Source: Octopus sinensis (lineage: Eukaryota). From it: a stretch of DNA of 64,000 bases. Position 1 is the stretch's first letter; every line of letters starts with the position of its first letter. The DNA lies in assembly GCF_006345805.1 (NCBI RefSeq), contig NC_043009.1, forward strand, positions 16,244,001 to 16,308,000, given 5' to 3'. The notes under the pieces are model-generated. The model made no database searches. It was not told the origin of the DNA and saw only the letters and a list, made by a program, of their open reading frames with translations. Of this stretch, positions 1 through 13,731 are shown one piece after another. A program made the translations under genes and the position numbers.

Positions 1-60
1 TCCAGTACGCTGCCGTAATCTCCTTTAGAGAGACTTAGTAATTTTAATATTTTATATATA

Positions 61-98
<38 letters not shown>

Positions 99-1181
99 TA
101 TGTGTGTGTGTGTGTGTGGGTGTATGTTGTGTGTGTGTGGTGTGCGGGTGTATGTATGTATATTTTGTATGTATGTAGGTGGGTATGCGTATGCATGAAG
201 CTATTATTATGCGTGTAATTATGTGTATATGTGAGGGCTTTGGCCTGCAAATGTGTGTATATGTGTATGTGTGTGTATGAGTGTTTGTGCATGCTAGTGT
301 GTGTGTGTGTTAAGATGTATATGTGTACACATATGCAAATGCATGTAGACACATACATATGTAATATACACATAGACACACTCATATACGTATAAATGTA
401 CATAAATTTTTTTTATGTGCAAGTGACGAAATGTTTTTTTTAATTTTTGAAGAAAAATCTTCAGCCAAAAACATTTTTCATAGTGTTACTACAATGTAAA
501 TATAGAGGTTATAAGTTCTCTATCTAAAATGGAAATTAAAAATAAAAAACACGAATCTTTAACTTGAATTCAGCAACTATTTTTAAAGTTCTTCAACGCC
601 ATATTAATTGAACTCGTTATGGATTTTCACAACTAAACTTTTCACCTTCTTTTCAACTAATTTCTTTTACAATTTATATATTCCTCCCCAGAAAGAAATG
701 AAGAAAATTAAGTAAGCATTAGTGCGAGTGAAAGAATATTTTCTATATTAACCAATATATGTCTTGGAGACTGTAATTTCTTTGTCTGGCACAAAGTTAT
801 TCAAGAAAATTGGGATGAGTTAATTGGAATACTTTTGTTCTTATGAATGCAATTCTTTTTCTTTTTCGTTATCTAATGTATATTTGAGATATTTTTTGCG
901 AATTTCAGGAGAACTTATTTTCATATTTTTATTAGAATTATTTCAAGTAACTGAAAGACTTTCCTACTTCGATATTGTTATCGCAGAATGAAAACTGTGT
1001 TAAAATTATTCCTTTCTCAGTATCAGTTGATTTTATTTTTTGAACAATTGTATTTACATATATGTACACACGAACACACACACAGACTTGTACACACACA
1101 CTCATCACACACATACACACCACTAACACATATGGTTGGTCATGAGAGAGCGAGAAGGAATACATGTGTATGTGTGAGCGT

Positions 1182-1392
1182 ATGTTGTCCATATATATAT
1201 ATATATATATATATTTATGTATGTATGTATGTATGTATTTTAAACTTCTTAAAAGTCACAATAATTGCGATTTTGATTATATAAATTAAAACTTATCAAT
1301 TATACAATTTTTGTTTTAAATCAGGATGATACATATTATTGTGACTTTTAAGAAGTTTTAAATACATAAATATATATATATATGGACAACAT
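1182..1392. repeat. Inverted repeat (fold-back) with microsatellites inside the arms
   Basis: 1182-1265 (ATGTTGTCCATATA...TAAACTTCTTAAAAGTCACAATAAT) is the reverse complement of 1335-1392 apart from microsatellite length. Spacer ~70 nt. Confidence 0.85.
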
Positions 1393-2015
1393 TCGAATAT
1401 ATTTTTTGCTATTCCTTTCATTTTATATCATTTTATATCATCACAAGTATATATTTTATTTTATTTTTATCCCTATATATTATTAATTTTATATTTATAG
1501 ACATAAGTTACGTAAGAACATAGTTTTTGTAAAATTTTATTTTCATTCGTATTTTTTATTTTCATCTTTATTTTTTATTGTATTTTTTGTAATTTTTTAT
1601 TTGAATCAAATTATGGCTTGTACAGTAGGGCCCGGCGAACCTATTTTACACATACTTATTTGTTTAAAAAATTAAAACATAGTTTATACTATCAAACTAT
1701 GAGAAAGTGTTATAGAGGCCTGATGATTGGGGTTATATTTTAAGAATGGGTCCAGCAAAACACGGCGTGGTTAAGGAACCAGGAAATGTACCTCAGGAAA
1801 CATGTGTAGCCAAGTTATAAAGTAGTAAGTATTTAAATTAAAATTCTTTTTATGGTGGGATGGAAGGGGCCTACTATCTCTAAATGAAAATATATATTTC
1901 TTCATTGAGAGATAATTGGAACCCCTGTTATGCCGGAATTTTTATTCCCTAGCAAATAAAATAAATATAATCTATATACATATTATATATATATATATAT
2001 AATATATATATATAC

Positions 2016-2083
<68 letters not shown>

Positions 2084-2796
2084 CCTATATATATATATAT
2101 ATATATATATAGCGTTCTGTTTCGAGGTAGTAAGGTCAGCAAAAAAAGTACTCCATCTCTTGAGAGATAAATATCATTTAATAACCACAATATTGTTTTT
2201 ATGTGCTATTATTAGTTTCATGTGCTGAAAACCTGCCAAACATTGTTTTATAACACTGCCTACATGGCATGACGAACTAAAAATGGGACGAGAGTAGAAG
2301 CAAGAAAATCGAGAAGTAAGTATATATAAGTGGAAGGGTGAAAACCGAGAAAACGAAACAGTAAACAAGTAAAGGGGGAAAAGGGGAAAGAGAATTATTT
2401 CCCTTAGACTGTAACTTATAAGGTTAAAAAATATAGTGGCTTAGAGTTTATGGTACAGATGTACTGTGGTGGGGGATATTCTTCCCAATTTATCAACAGG
2501 AACTTAAGCATATGCTTACAGTCGCAGAAAATTTCAGATCTAGAGTACATCAGAGAGTTAGAGATCTTAGATCTGAAAATTATCTGAGGTCTTTCAGATA
2601 TCGCATAGCATAATTTTTTTTTTCCTTTTATTTCTTTCTGAATACTTTTTCGTTTTCCACTTTTACAACCTGGCATATGATTGTGCTGTGATGTGACACC
2701 AGACGTGATATAAAACAATGTTGGCATGTTATCAGCACACGGAAACAATAATTATACATGAAAACATATATTGTGCTTATTAAATAATTATATATA

Positions 2797-2848
<52 letters not shown>

Positions 2849-2894
2849 AATATATATATGTAATATATATATATATCTATATATCATATAATAT

Positions 2895-2925
<31 letters not shown>

Positions 2926-3062
2926 TATATATATCTATATATATATATATATAAGGATAGGATCGTTATAATCTAATCATATATTATATATTTAATATAT
3001 ATATAAGGATAACTCGTTAATAAATATACTATATATCAGTAGATAGATAGATAGATAGATAT

Positions 3063-3110
<48 letters not shown>

Positions 3111-3179
3111 CTAGATAGATAGATAGAGAGCGTAGACATAGTAGATAGTTAGATAGATAGATAGATAGATAGATAGATG

Positions 3180-3250
<71 letters not shown>

Positions 3251-4481
3251 AAAATTTGTTTCAAGATCTTTGTGTTATATACCGACATACTATTACGTTT
3301 TTAGAAGTAATCACCTTGCCAAGCTTTGGATCACTTACGCCCACAAAACTTCGTCTATTAAGATGACTCAACACCTTAGCGCGGTTTGTATAAGTGCCTA
3401 TTTATAGTTATATGGATCTCATCACTGAATGACGCATATCTTTCAGAGAGACATATGTTAGACGTATGAGCTACTCGGTTTACAGTTTGACATGCCCTTA
3501 ATTCAGACTTCTGTCGCTTTTCTCCTAAGTTAAATATTTACTGTAAAACACCATTTCAGTTTTATCAAGATTTAGCTTCACACGTGGGTTTTTATTAACG
3601 TCACCGACAACAGCTGCGCTTTATTATAGAATATATATTATACTTATATTACAGAGTACTCGTCAATATTAATGTAGTGGAAAATGCAACTTGGTACTTA
3701 GTTGTCGGCTAACCTAATCTACGACTCTAAATTTTATTTAAACTTTTCTTTAACAATTGTTTCACTTATTTTATACAACTAATGTTGTAGATAATGAGAT
3801 GTCGGCACTGCTATTTCTTCTTAATCGAAAACTTTAATTGTGTAGTCATGTGATAATAAATACAAAAATTAAATTAATCAAGTAATTTATATATAATTTA
3901 ATTGCTCAAAATATTGATAAGTAAAAAAAACTCCAAAAATGATATGCGATAGATTTTGATTTTTAGCCCCATGGCAGCCTTAGCCGAGCAGACTAAGGTG
4001 GTCCAGATAATACTATTCCATTTTCAAGATGTCACTATATTGTTGTATGCATTCTTTACGTTTCGTTCTTTTAAATGGTGGGATTTGACTGCTATTTCCA
4101 GTTGGTCCGGTAACTATTTACAGTTCATCCCCTTTTCTTCAGATGTATTTTTTGTGACGTGTATTTATCAGCTTGAAGAAAGTTTGAGGACGTTATATTA
4201 TGGATGACTCCGAAGTTTTTGAGCTTGATCTTAGTTTAATGATAAATACAAGTTACTCTGATGAGGACCAAGTAGTGTGAGGCTTACAGTAATAATCGTT
4301 ACTTTTTAAGTTGAGCAAATCGTCTCGGCTACACTCACACAACAGAAGTAATCATTTGATTATGAGAAGAATATATGATACAGTATATATTTTACTACTG
4401 TGTCGTCTAGAACCACATTGTGCACCTATATTTTTTAATATGGAGGAAAAATGCAGCAATCATATAATTATTATATATATA

Positions 4482-4518
<37 letters not shown>

Positions 4519-4521
<3 letters not shown>

Positions 4522-4721
4522 GTGACCTCGTGAGCACCGCCAGCAGTTTTTTCTTCTGTCTTCCTTCTCGGGATCTTTCCTCTCCTTTGTTTCTGACGAA
4601 GAGCTCCGCTCGAAACGTTAAACCCTCCTTCTTTCTTCTTTCCTGAGCGTCCAATATACTTTATTTGTTCCACGTCCGCGCGTTGCTGTTTTTTTTTTTG
4701 TGTTTTCTTGTTTGGATTAAC
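4519..4721 (+). mobile_element. Penelope-like terminal (pLTR) fragment, family X, between (TA)n tracts
   Basis: Shares GAAGAGC-loop-GCTCGAAACGT and the downstream CCTGAGCGT..ATAC block with copies at 44.4, 53.1 and 61.0 kb. Contains an HHR motif. PLE assignment is inferred from the HHR and (TA)n context; no ORF is present. Confidence 0.55.
4589..4623 (+). ncRNA. Minimal type I hammerhead motif in a Penelope-like terminal fragment
   Basis: GUUU-CUGACGA-A-GAGC(UCC)GCUC-GAAA-CG-UU-AAAC: 4-bp stem I, 4-bp stem II, palindromic ACGU stem III (dimer type), GUU triplet. Confidence 0.6.
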
Positions 4722-7069
4722 TATATATATAATATATATAATATATAGAATATATAATATATTATATATACAATACAATGATAGACTATAGATTTAGATT
4801 TCAGCCTAAAGGCAAACAAATGGTGTCGAGAAATTGCTAAAGTAGTGAGTAAACTACCCATATTTAAGTATCTCCAGTCATCGTGCAGAGACATGGCTTC
4901 TCAGTTCTCTGACACTATGTCAGCCGATTTAATTATGATTGACTCAATAATACAGTATAGTCAATGTCACGATTTAATTAGGATGAGAGCAACTGTGTTT
5001 CCCTTCTCAATGATACGTTTAGCTGTGTAAGGTATTTAAGGCATATACGATATTTTCGGTTGTGATGTCGTTATCGGAAAATGCCATGTGTCGTGCAGTG
5101 TAGCAGTCGGAATATATATTATGGCCTAGAGTGGCCTACACTGACAATTCGGGTATTTTCTGAGTGAAGTAGTATGCCGGGCAAGACATGTTCGAGACAG
5201 GTGTAAAGTAACAACCAAAGTATTCTACATGTGATGCGACGTCCAGTATGATAGTGTCTAAATTAGTCACTTGTCCTATTAGAGAGAAATAGCTAACAAA
5301 CCCCTCTTAAACTACATTCTCTCGTCTTGAAATATAAGTACTTATTGAATAGACTGAAAGAATGCGGTGGCTAAAGTTAGTATGTCTTTAGTCATAGATT
5401 TCTTCGACCAAGGCTGAATTAATTGTAAATAGCAACAGGAGATATTATATGACAGTCGGAACATATTGTATGGGTTATAGTGTAATAATCAAACTATACT
5501 GTCAGTTGAAATGTGATATTCAAATCAATTGCTCCATGTGTGACAGGTAACTACACTTAGGTCTGTATGGTAAAAATGTTTTGTGAACAGGTGTAAGCTT
5601 TTTATTGAAATTAAAACTGGGATGTACAGTCACCTCATCGATATTTTGCCTCTAATCTCAACTTATGCACACAAGCATGTGATCAATAATTGATTAAGAG
5701 TATTGGCAATTTCTCTAACCATCATATATCAATATCATTAGATTGTTTGTGTTTTTACTATAAAACAGCAACTGTTATTCTGCAAACAAATGTCAACATA
5801 TTCAGTTAAAGAGTAGGTCCATAGTCGTTGTCGTTTTAGAGATATTTACTATTCATCTAGTTATAGTCTGCAAAATAAATACCAGTAATGTACGAGAGGT
5901 CATTCTCCTGTTCAGATAAAACCAATTTCGTGCCTAGCAACAAGACAGGAATTACATTAATGTGTGAACTTAGTTATTATAGTTGTTGGTGTTTATATTT
6001 ATTCATATCTTTTGCAGAGATACCGCTGTTCATTTGTTTGTCTATTAAACTGTTATTGTCAATACTCTATTTTCCATTCGTTACCCAGCTTACATTCATA
6101 CTAATTTCTTTCCAATTTGCCCCATTTCCCTAAATAATGTGATCGTTAATGCTGATTCAGAAAGTGTTACATCGGTGTTGGTCGTTGTATTGTCGTGCCT
6201 TTGATGTGACTGTAGTTTTCATGTTTTACTGATAGCATTTGTGTCGGTGTTAAATTGGTGGTGCTGTGTTCGTATTGTTAATGAAGCAGCAGTTTCATTG
6301 TGACGCTGTTGCTGTACCTGTTCTAAGCTGTGTTCGTAGCAGTAATGTTGATATTTTGATGGTTGTGTTGTAGTATTAGTGTCATATAATGGCAAGTATG
6401 CTGGCGTTGGGATAGTGGTTTCGTTGTTGTAGAAGGGTACTTGGACTCGTTAAAGGCATTTAAGAACCCGATAATGGTGTAAATCGTGTAACAGATTAAG
6501 TATACAACGGAGAGATTTGAATTCCGAACTCAAGCACCAGAACAAATAACGTCAGAAACCCGGCGTTCTAGCGATTTCATTAGTCTAGTGCCTCTAAGTT
6601 GTACATTATTTATGGAGCCAGTAAGGCTGAAGACAAAATTTTCCCTTCCGCGGTTATGGATTCAGAGGCAGGGAGTCGGGACAAGGGCTGTAATTCATTT
6701 TCTCAGCAGTTCTCACGACTCTGTCTATTCACCACTAAAACCGATGTGATGGCAGCAGGGTGTTAGCACTGTGGTTGTAACCATAGTGTTGTGAGATTGA
6801 TGATAGCAGTAATGTCGATGTTATATGGCACTGGATGCGTCGATGGTGTTGTGGAGGCCGGGGGCAGTAGTATAGGCGATGTGGTGGTGGTAGCATTGAT
6901 GTTGGTGCTGTGATGGTTGTAGTTAGTACTGTAGTTGTGACAGTAGTGTTGTAACGTCGATGATAGCAGTAATGTTGGTGTTATGGTGGTGACAATGGCT
7001 TTGATGTTATGGCAGTGGAAGTGTCTAAGGTGTTGTGGCAGGGGTCTGTAGTTTAGGTGCGGTGCTTGT

Positions 7070-7212
7070 GGTGGCGGTGGTTGTGGTGGTGGTGGTGGTG
7101 GTGGTGGTAAAGGTGGTGTCGGTGGTGGTGGTATTGGTGGTGGTGGTGGTGGTGGTGGTATTGGTGGTGGTGGTGGTGGTATTGGTGGTGGTGGTGGTGG
7201 TGGTGGTGGTGG
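7070..7212. repeat. (GGT)n trinucleotide tract, source of the poly-Pro ORF
   Basis: Direct reading. Related trinucleotide tracts at ~46820-46945 (TAG/TGG) and ~62680-62950 (ATT/CAT). Confidence 0.95.
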
Positions 7213-8081
7213 ATGTTGGTGCTGTGATGCTGGTAATTGTACTTTAATTGTGATATTGATGCTGTAGTAGCAATAATTATTGTAATATTGGCGTCGGGTG
7301 TTGGCAGGGAAATTTGTCACCATCATCGTCGGATCTCTTCGGACCGCTACACGTCTCAGATCTATAATATACATGGGCCGGTTTTTCTCCATATATGGTG
7401 TTGACAGTGGTATTGCTCAGTATTGTATCTGATAACAGATAGGACTTGAAATATGTTATTCTCGTTTAGAAGGTAATAACAACTTTGTTTAATGATATGT
7501 GGTCGTTATGTTGAGCATATCCTCAGACTACGTAAAAATATTATCTCCTCAGCTCATGAGGTGCCTTGCTGTTTTCGTGCAGTCGTACTTGGTTTTCTTC
7601 GAACAATTTGTCTGAGACATTCAAAGTAGCTATTGGTTTAGGAAATGTTGTTGCACATATTATTTTAGTAGCTCATGTGTTTGGCTCTGTTCTTGCTTTA
7701 CACTTTGCTACTGTTCTTCATATTGTTGTAAATTTTGTCGTTGGTTCTTATTCTTTTGTGAAATGCAATTCTTCTCGATATTTTAACTATTATCGTTACC
7801 GTGGTTTGTTTTTGTATGCTTTTTCTTATTGCTTTTTTCGTTTTATTTATGTAAATCGAGAAACGTTAATAGGTGTGTTTTATCAGGTATAATAATATAA
7901 AGTTACTTTTTTTATTATTGTTGTTATTCTTACAGCTATGCATATGGATGTTGTGTAGTTGTTTGAGTGTTATGCAGAAGTATCGTTCATAATTGAGAAT
8001 CACTAAGAGACGTGCACATGCACTCACACACATGCACAAAAGCATATATGTGTGTGTGCGCGTACATTCATGCACACATTC

Positions 8082-8112
<31 letters not shown>

Positions 8113-8450
8113 TATGTGTGTGTGTTTACATATATATATATTTAAATGTGTGCATATATATATATATATATAGATAGATATGTATGTGTATATGTATGCC
8201 TATATATATGTGTGTTTATATATATTGGCAAATCAAAAATAAAAGCAAAAACAAGAAAGCCAGAAAAATTCACAAAAGTCAAAAGAGCGTACACAGTGAT
8301 AATATATTAGAGTGACGTGTATATACCCTCATACATGCAAGCGCACAAACAGTTGATCATTTGTAAGTTCACGCAATAAAATAATGCATAATACGCACGT
8401 ATACTTACACAATAAATGTATGTGTATGTGTTGTGTGTGTGTGTGTGTGT

Positions 8451-8484
<34 letters not shown>

Positions 8485-9193
8485 GTTATCAATTGTGTGT
8501 GGTTGCATGTATGAGAGTATAGGCACATCGCCAATCTAGTAAAATACATGAGTCCAGGTTTGAGATGGTTTACGCTATTTTCATCACAATGACTTTGTGT
8601 GTGCATGTGTGTGTTGTATGATTTAATGATGATATAAATGTATGTGAATGCAAATGTGTGCTAACATGTGTTCAACGGTTAACAAAAATAGATTTATAAA
8701 ACTAACGTCGATTTTAACAAAAGAAAGAAACTAACGTCGACTTTTAAAAAATGATTTTATCATGTGTAATTTTGAGATTCACGACTTCTTAATAATAATG
8801 GCTAGCACTATTAGGAAAAAGTTTCTAAAAGAAATATTTTAAAGTATTCCTGACACATCCGTACGAGTAGAAATTCAGTAAAAAAACACGCAACACAAAT
8901 TTCAAAGAGACTGAAATAATATGAAAATGAAGTCATACAGAGTTCACTTCAAAGCCATGGAAGCTCGACAAGTGAGTAGAGTTTAACATTATGCTTCGTG
9001 CATTGATAAGCGTTCATTGATGTTTTTTAATGAGTTCTGAGAAATGGCAATGTAACTTTGAGAGCTAATTGAAAAAATGGAAATTACAGATTCCAAAACA
9101 TAACCAAATTTTCATTAATTATATTATGACGTACATGTACTTGCGTACACGCATGCGTGCTTATATGTACATGATAGCAGTATATATATATAT

Positions 9194-9254
<61 letters not shown>

Positions 9255-9786
9255 GCATGTCTATGTGCGCATGGTGTGTGCGTGATGTGAGAATGTAATT
9301 TGTGCATGAATATAAATATATATATTTATACATATACTTGCACACATATATATGCAAATATATTTCATTATGCATGAGCAAATATATATATATATATATA
9401 TGTGAGTGTATGTGCTCGTGTGTGCGTGCGTGTATGGATGTTCGTAATCATGTATAAATGTGTGTGTGAGTGTTTGATCAATGCGTATGTTTTACGCATT
9501 ATGCATTCATAATGTACATACATGTACATATATGTTTACGATTGTGTGTGTACTTATATGTACGTGTATGTGTGTGTTTATCAGCTCGTCTGTGCTATAT
9601 ATTGTTCACGTATATATGTAAATATAAAGGAATATGCATAAAAACATTTATATTGAATAAAAATATGCAAATAAATATATCGGTGCAGAAATAGACATCT
9701 ACATATATACTATATATTATCCATATAGAGTCACATTCTAATAAATTAACATACAGTAGCGGATTTTAGATGCAAATAAAGATGAC

Positions 9787-9825
<39 letters not shown>

Positions 9826-9889
9826 GCGTGCGTGCGTGCGTGCGTGCGTGTGTGTGTGCGTGTGTGTGTGTGTGTGCGTGCGTGCGTGC

Positions 9890-9920
<31 letters not shown>

Positions 9921-9933
9921 CGTGCGTGCGTGC

Positions 9934-9964
<31 letters not shown>

Positions 9965-9970
9965 CGTGCG

Positions 9971-10001
<31 letters not shown>

Positions 10002-10069
10002 TGTGTCTGTGTGTGTGTGTGTGTGTGTAATAAAAGACAGAAGTTGGAATATACGAGAATATATTATTA

Positions 10070-10154
10070 ATCACAACAATTGTTTCGACACATCTAGCCC
10101 GACTCTTCTTGTGGGACACACGAAAACTGGTACAAGAGTATCTCGTCAGGAGAT
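10070..10154 (-). ncRNA. Type I hammerhead motif with extended stem II
   Basis: Minus strand AUCUC-CUGACGA-GAUAC...GUGUC-GAAA-CAAUUG-UU-GUGAU. Intact core, palindromic ACAAUUGU stem III, GUU triplet, one U-U mismatch in stem I. Confidence 0.65.
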
Positions 10155-10320
10155 AAATAAATAAAAAATCTCGTTAAAATGACAGTTCCATAATGCAACT
10201 TTTCGATTTGTAGAGAGAAAAACAGCCAGACGGAGGAAAATTCTTGATATATATATAGAAGATCCCAAAAAAATTGCAGAAGACAAAAAGAGAAACGAGC
10301 ACTTAATCCAGCGAGAAAAG

Positions 10321-10353
<33 letters not shown>

Positions 10354-10355
10354 TT

Positions 10356-10727
10356 ATATTAAGTGCATTACTATACATAAATTCCTCATGCTATGAGGGA
10401 CTCTTAAAGTCAAAACTATCATAATAATTTTTTATTAATATTTAAACACATTGTACCAAACGCGAGGGAATGCAACTCTCGAAGCGGGCCTTTTAAAAAT
10501 AGATTCAGCCGCAGAGCACACGATTTCATAATTAGTGCAAAAACTGCGCTTTTTAATCATCAGTGCATGAAATCATGTGATCTGCAGCTGAATCTATTAT
10601 TAAAAGGCTCGCTTAAAAGAGTTGTATTCCCTCGCGTTCGGTACAATGTGTTTATTTATTATGGTAGTTTTGACTTTAAAAATCCCTCCTAGCATAAGGC
10701 ATTTATGTATAGTAATGCCCTTAATAT
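10356..10727. repeat. ~370-bp fold-back element (arms ~170 bp, roughly 85% identical)
   Basis: TTAAGTGCATTACTATACATAAAT...GATTTCAT pairs with ATGAAATC...ATTTATGTATAGTAATGCCCTTAA. Confidence 0.9.
10510..10567 (-). ncRNA. Decayed type I hammerhead at the centre of a fold-back
   Basis: Minus strand UGCA-CUGAUGA-(29 nt, imperfect stem II)-GAAA-UCGUGUGC-UC-UGCG. The opposite arm keeps a clean 3' half, GAAA-UCAUGUGA-UC-UGCA (10569-10586, +). Confidence 0.5.
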
Positions 10728-10820
10728 AAATAAATATATTTAATAAATTTTTCCCTTATGAGGTTTTTTCACGCTAACTACTTGATAAATTATCATAAAG
10801 ATTTTATCTTATTTTTAAAT

Positions 10821-10967
<147 letters not shown>

Positions 10968-11715
10968 CAGTTCTTTCAAAGTGGCTATTAAAAACGAAAT
11001 AAAGGAGAAGCCTGTCCACTTCATTGGATGTAAGTGATATAATGGCGGATGAATTCAATCAGTGCAGATGATAGCGATGACTCAAAAACCAGAGTTACAA
11101 TGACAGAGCAGATATAAAATGGAAAATGACGAAGTCCAAAGAAACGTCTTACTATATACTCCTTGAACTTCACATTTCCCATGCAATAACTACACTCTCA
11201 AATCCGATTAACGGACATTAAACGAAAGCTTCCGGTGCAAATCTCCAATGTCTTTCAAATACTTTTTACTTTATATTCTTTATTAATAGGATACTTTATA
11301 CATGGGATTCATTTTAAATCTTTCAGATTATCAATTTGGAAAGAAAAATCAATTTTATAACAAAGAACACAGAGCATGCTGCACGATTTGAATGTTCATA
11401 CAAAGATGAATTTACAAAAAGAAAATTGTTTTTAGTTCATTCTGTCAAGTTACTCAAAAGTTGGAAAGGAATTTTTCAATATGTATTAAGATAGGATTAT
11501 ATATATTGTTTTTGGAACGCAAAGGTTATATTTGCATAGTGTATCTCTGTATTTTATATATCTTAGATAAAGTGTTCGCGTCTTGCACGAATGAGAAACC
11601 TATCAGGATAGCTAATTATATAGTGTTGTGTCTGGGGAGAATCATTTTCTTTTTGTGCCTTATAATGTAACACACTCACCGGTAAAATTTCAACTTATTT
11701 CTTAATTTTATTTTC

Positions 11716-11752
11716 CTAAAATTTTCGTTGCGTCTTGCAACCTTTTCAGTAG
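11716..11752 (-). ncRNA. Hammerhead-like motif with G8A core change, in a Penelope-like fragment (~11620-11762)
   Basis: Minus strand CUA-CUGAAAA-G-GUUGC(AAGAC)GCAAC-GAAA-AU-UU-UAG. Perfect 5-bp stem II, mutated core. Confidence 0.42.
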
Positions 11753-13731
11753 TCTTAATTATATAGTGTGGAGTATTTATTGCTACACTACGCTTATTTA
11801 AAATAAGTTCAGAGCTTGTTAACTGTCTCCATTGTTGACTTTTTTAGGTTTATTGATGTTAGAAACAAGTGGAAATTGATTTCCAAAGCGAAATATATTG
11901 TATCAGATTCTTTCTTACATTAATCCAATCGTTATTTCTAATGTCAGATACGATGTTGCTGTCATGTCTAGTCTAGACACAATTATAAGAACCAAGGTAA
12001 TATTCTCTCAATTTTCATCCCCTTCATTCCTAGGGTAATCAAAATATAGCTAGGATAAGCATAGGAATCCTTCGTTTGAAACTATTATTCTAAGCAGTCG
12101 AAGATAAAAAATTAATAGGAAACCATTCTCAGGCAGAGTTTGTAAAATATTCAAGTATTCGATTTATACTAATCGTTCGATTTGTACCAATTGTTCCTTC
12201 AGGATAATGTTTCTGGTCGATGAAGTGTGTGGGATAAAATCAAAAATACTTCCAGAACTCACCAACAGGAGATACATTCGACATGCCTGGAAATTATATA
12301 TTACATTATAACTCCCAATACAACCTTTGGTATGTTATATCATTCTTTTTGTTTCTCTTATGTAAAGTGATCATAATCTGTTGTCAAAATCACGGGGGTA
12401 TTGTTTTTATAGTTTGTCGCAAGTTAATAGGTTAACATGGGTCATTTAAAGTGGATGTATTGTAGAGCCGTAGCCAAAAGCAAAAAAAAGAGAACTTAGG
12501 ATTACTTCAGCCTTGAAGCTAACAAATAAATGACAAAATGACTGATTTTTAAGCCATGGATCCAAATCAACGTCGATATTCATTTAGCTTTCTAGGCAGA
12601 CCATGTAATTTTACGTTTTCACAAACACAATCAAATTATGACCATCCAAGTGCAGTATCTAGTGTACAAGGGTTATTTCGTATCTATTTATAGATGGACT
12701 TTAAAATCAATTACGTGAATAAATCTTTGATTTGCAAAAAGATTCATTTATTCTCAAGATACATAAAGGATATATAAGACTAAAATTAATTACTATTGAA
12801 AGTGAAACGAAAATATATTCAACAATGCGTTGTTTATCGGGGAAATTGATGTAAAATGTAATATATGCAGGAAATATATAACTTTTTTGTATTTATTCAT
12901 GTTTGTTAATGTTCACAGAAAACAAGACAAATGATTTGTTCTAAGAATTGAAATTATTCAGAACATTACATTAGTTTACAATTTCTGAGATGAAGCAAAT
13001 TAATAGATTTCAAGTTCTATTTTCAATCAATTATTGAAAAACAATATAGGCATCAGAAAATGTCTTTAAAGATTGAGCAGACACTTCTACTAGAAACACA
13101 TTAGGCAAGGACTTGAATTAAACAAAGGGTTAACATCAATTCAATTTGTTTATTTACATCTGGGGATTTCCCTAATATTTGTTATCCTGTTTTCATGAAC
13201 AACTGAATATATGGATACGCATGTGTGTGGATATGTGTATGTTCTTGTGTATGCGTGCGTATGCTTACATACACATATAATATACCATACACGCAACGAC
13301 ATTGATTTAGCTTACCGTCATTCAGAAATTTTATTCAATTATTTCAAATAAGGATTTCTTCAGAATGAATTAATATTTCATATTTATCTCATAATTTTGT
13401 AGCAAATTAAAATATTGATGAATTGTCATTGCCATTCATTTCAATATTTTAAACTTTTATACATATCCAACAAACACAACACACGTAAGTACGTACGCTA
13501 ACATTTGCACGCACACACTCACAAACTTTGAGACAATCATACGTTCAATATAAATATTTCCTTCTTGAGAAGATATATCAGATTTCATATTCACTGACTA
13601 CGTACCAGCCAGGAACACAAAAGGTTATCTTCTCTGTCCTTTGATGTCTTTCGGATTTGTAAATCACTAACATCTATTCGATGGTTTTGAAACATACCTC
13701 GAAATCACATCTAATATGCCGAAATAGCTTA

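Noticed and set aside
1710-1775. CTGATGA...CAAAACACGGCGTGG as a hammerhead
   Set aside because: GAAA absent and stem I not complementary.
4259-4290. CTGATGAGGACC (also TTGATGAGGACCAA...TTGGTCGGATA at ~17402)
   Set aside because: 3' core missing or mutated; at most remnants.
6763-7392. 209-aa proline-rich ORF
   Set aside because: The poly-Pro comes from a (GGT)n tract in degenerate GT-rich low-complexity repeats; no recognisable domain.
7321-7428. Possible 108-nt phase 1/1 exon (DTILSNTTVNTIYGEK...DDD)
   Set aside because: Weak donor (gtgaca) and no resemblance to the expected next iGluR ATD segment.
10356-10727. Kolobok or piggyBac-type MITE reading (TTAA at both ends)
   Set aside because: TTAA is common in this AT-rich context, and the HHR halves at the centre explain the structure better. 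Not fully excluded.
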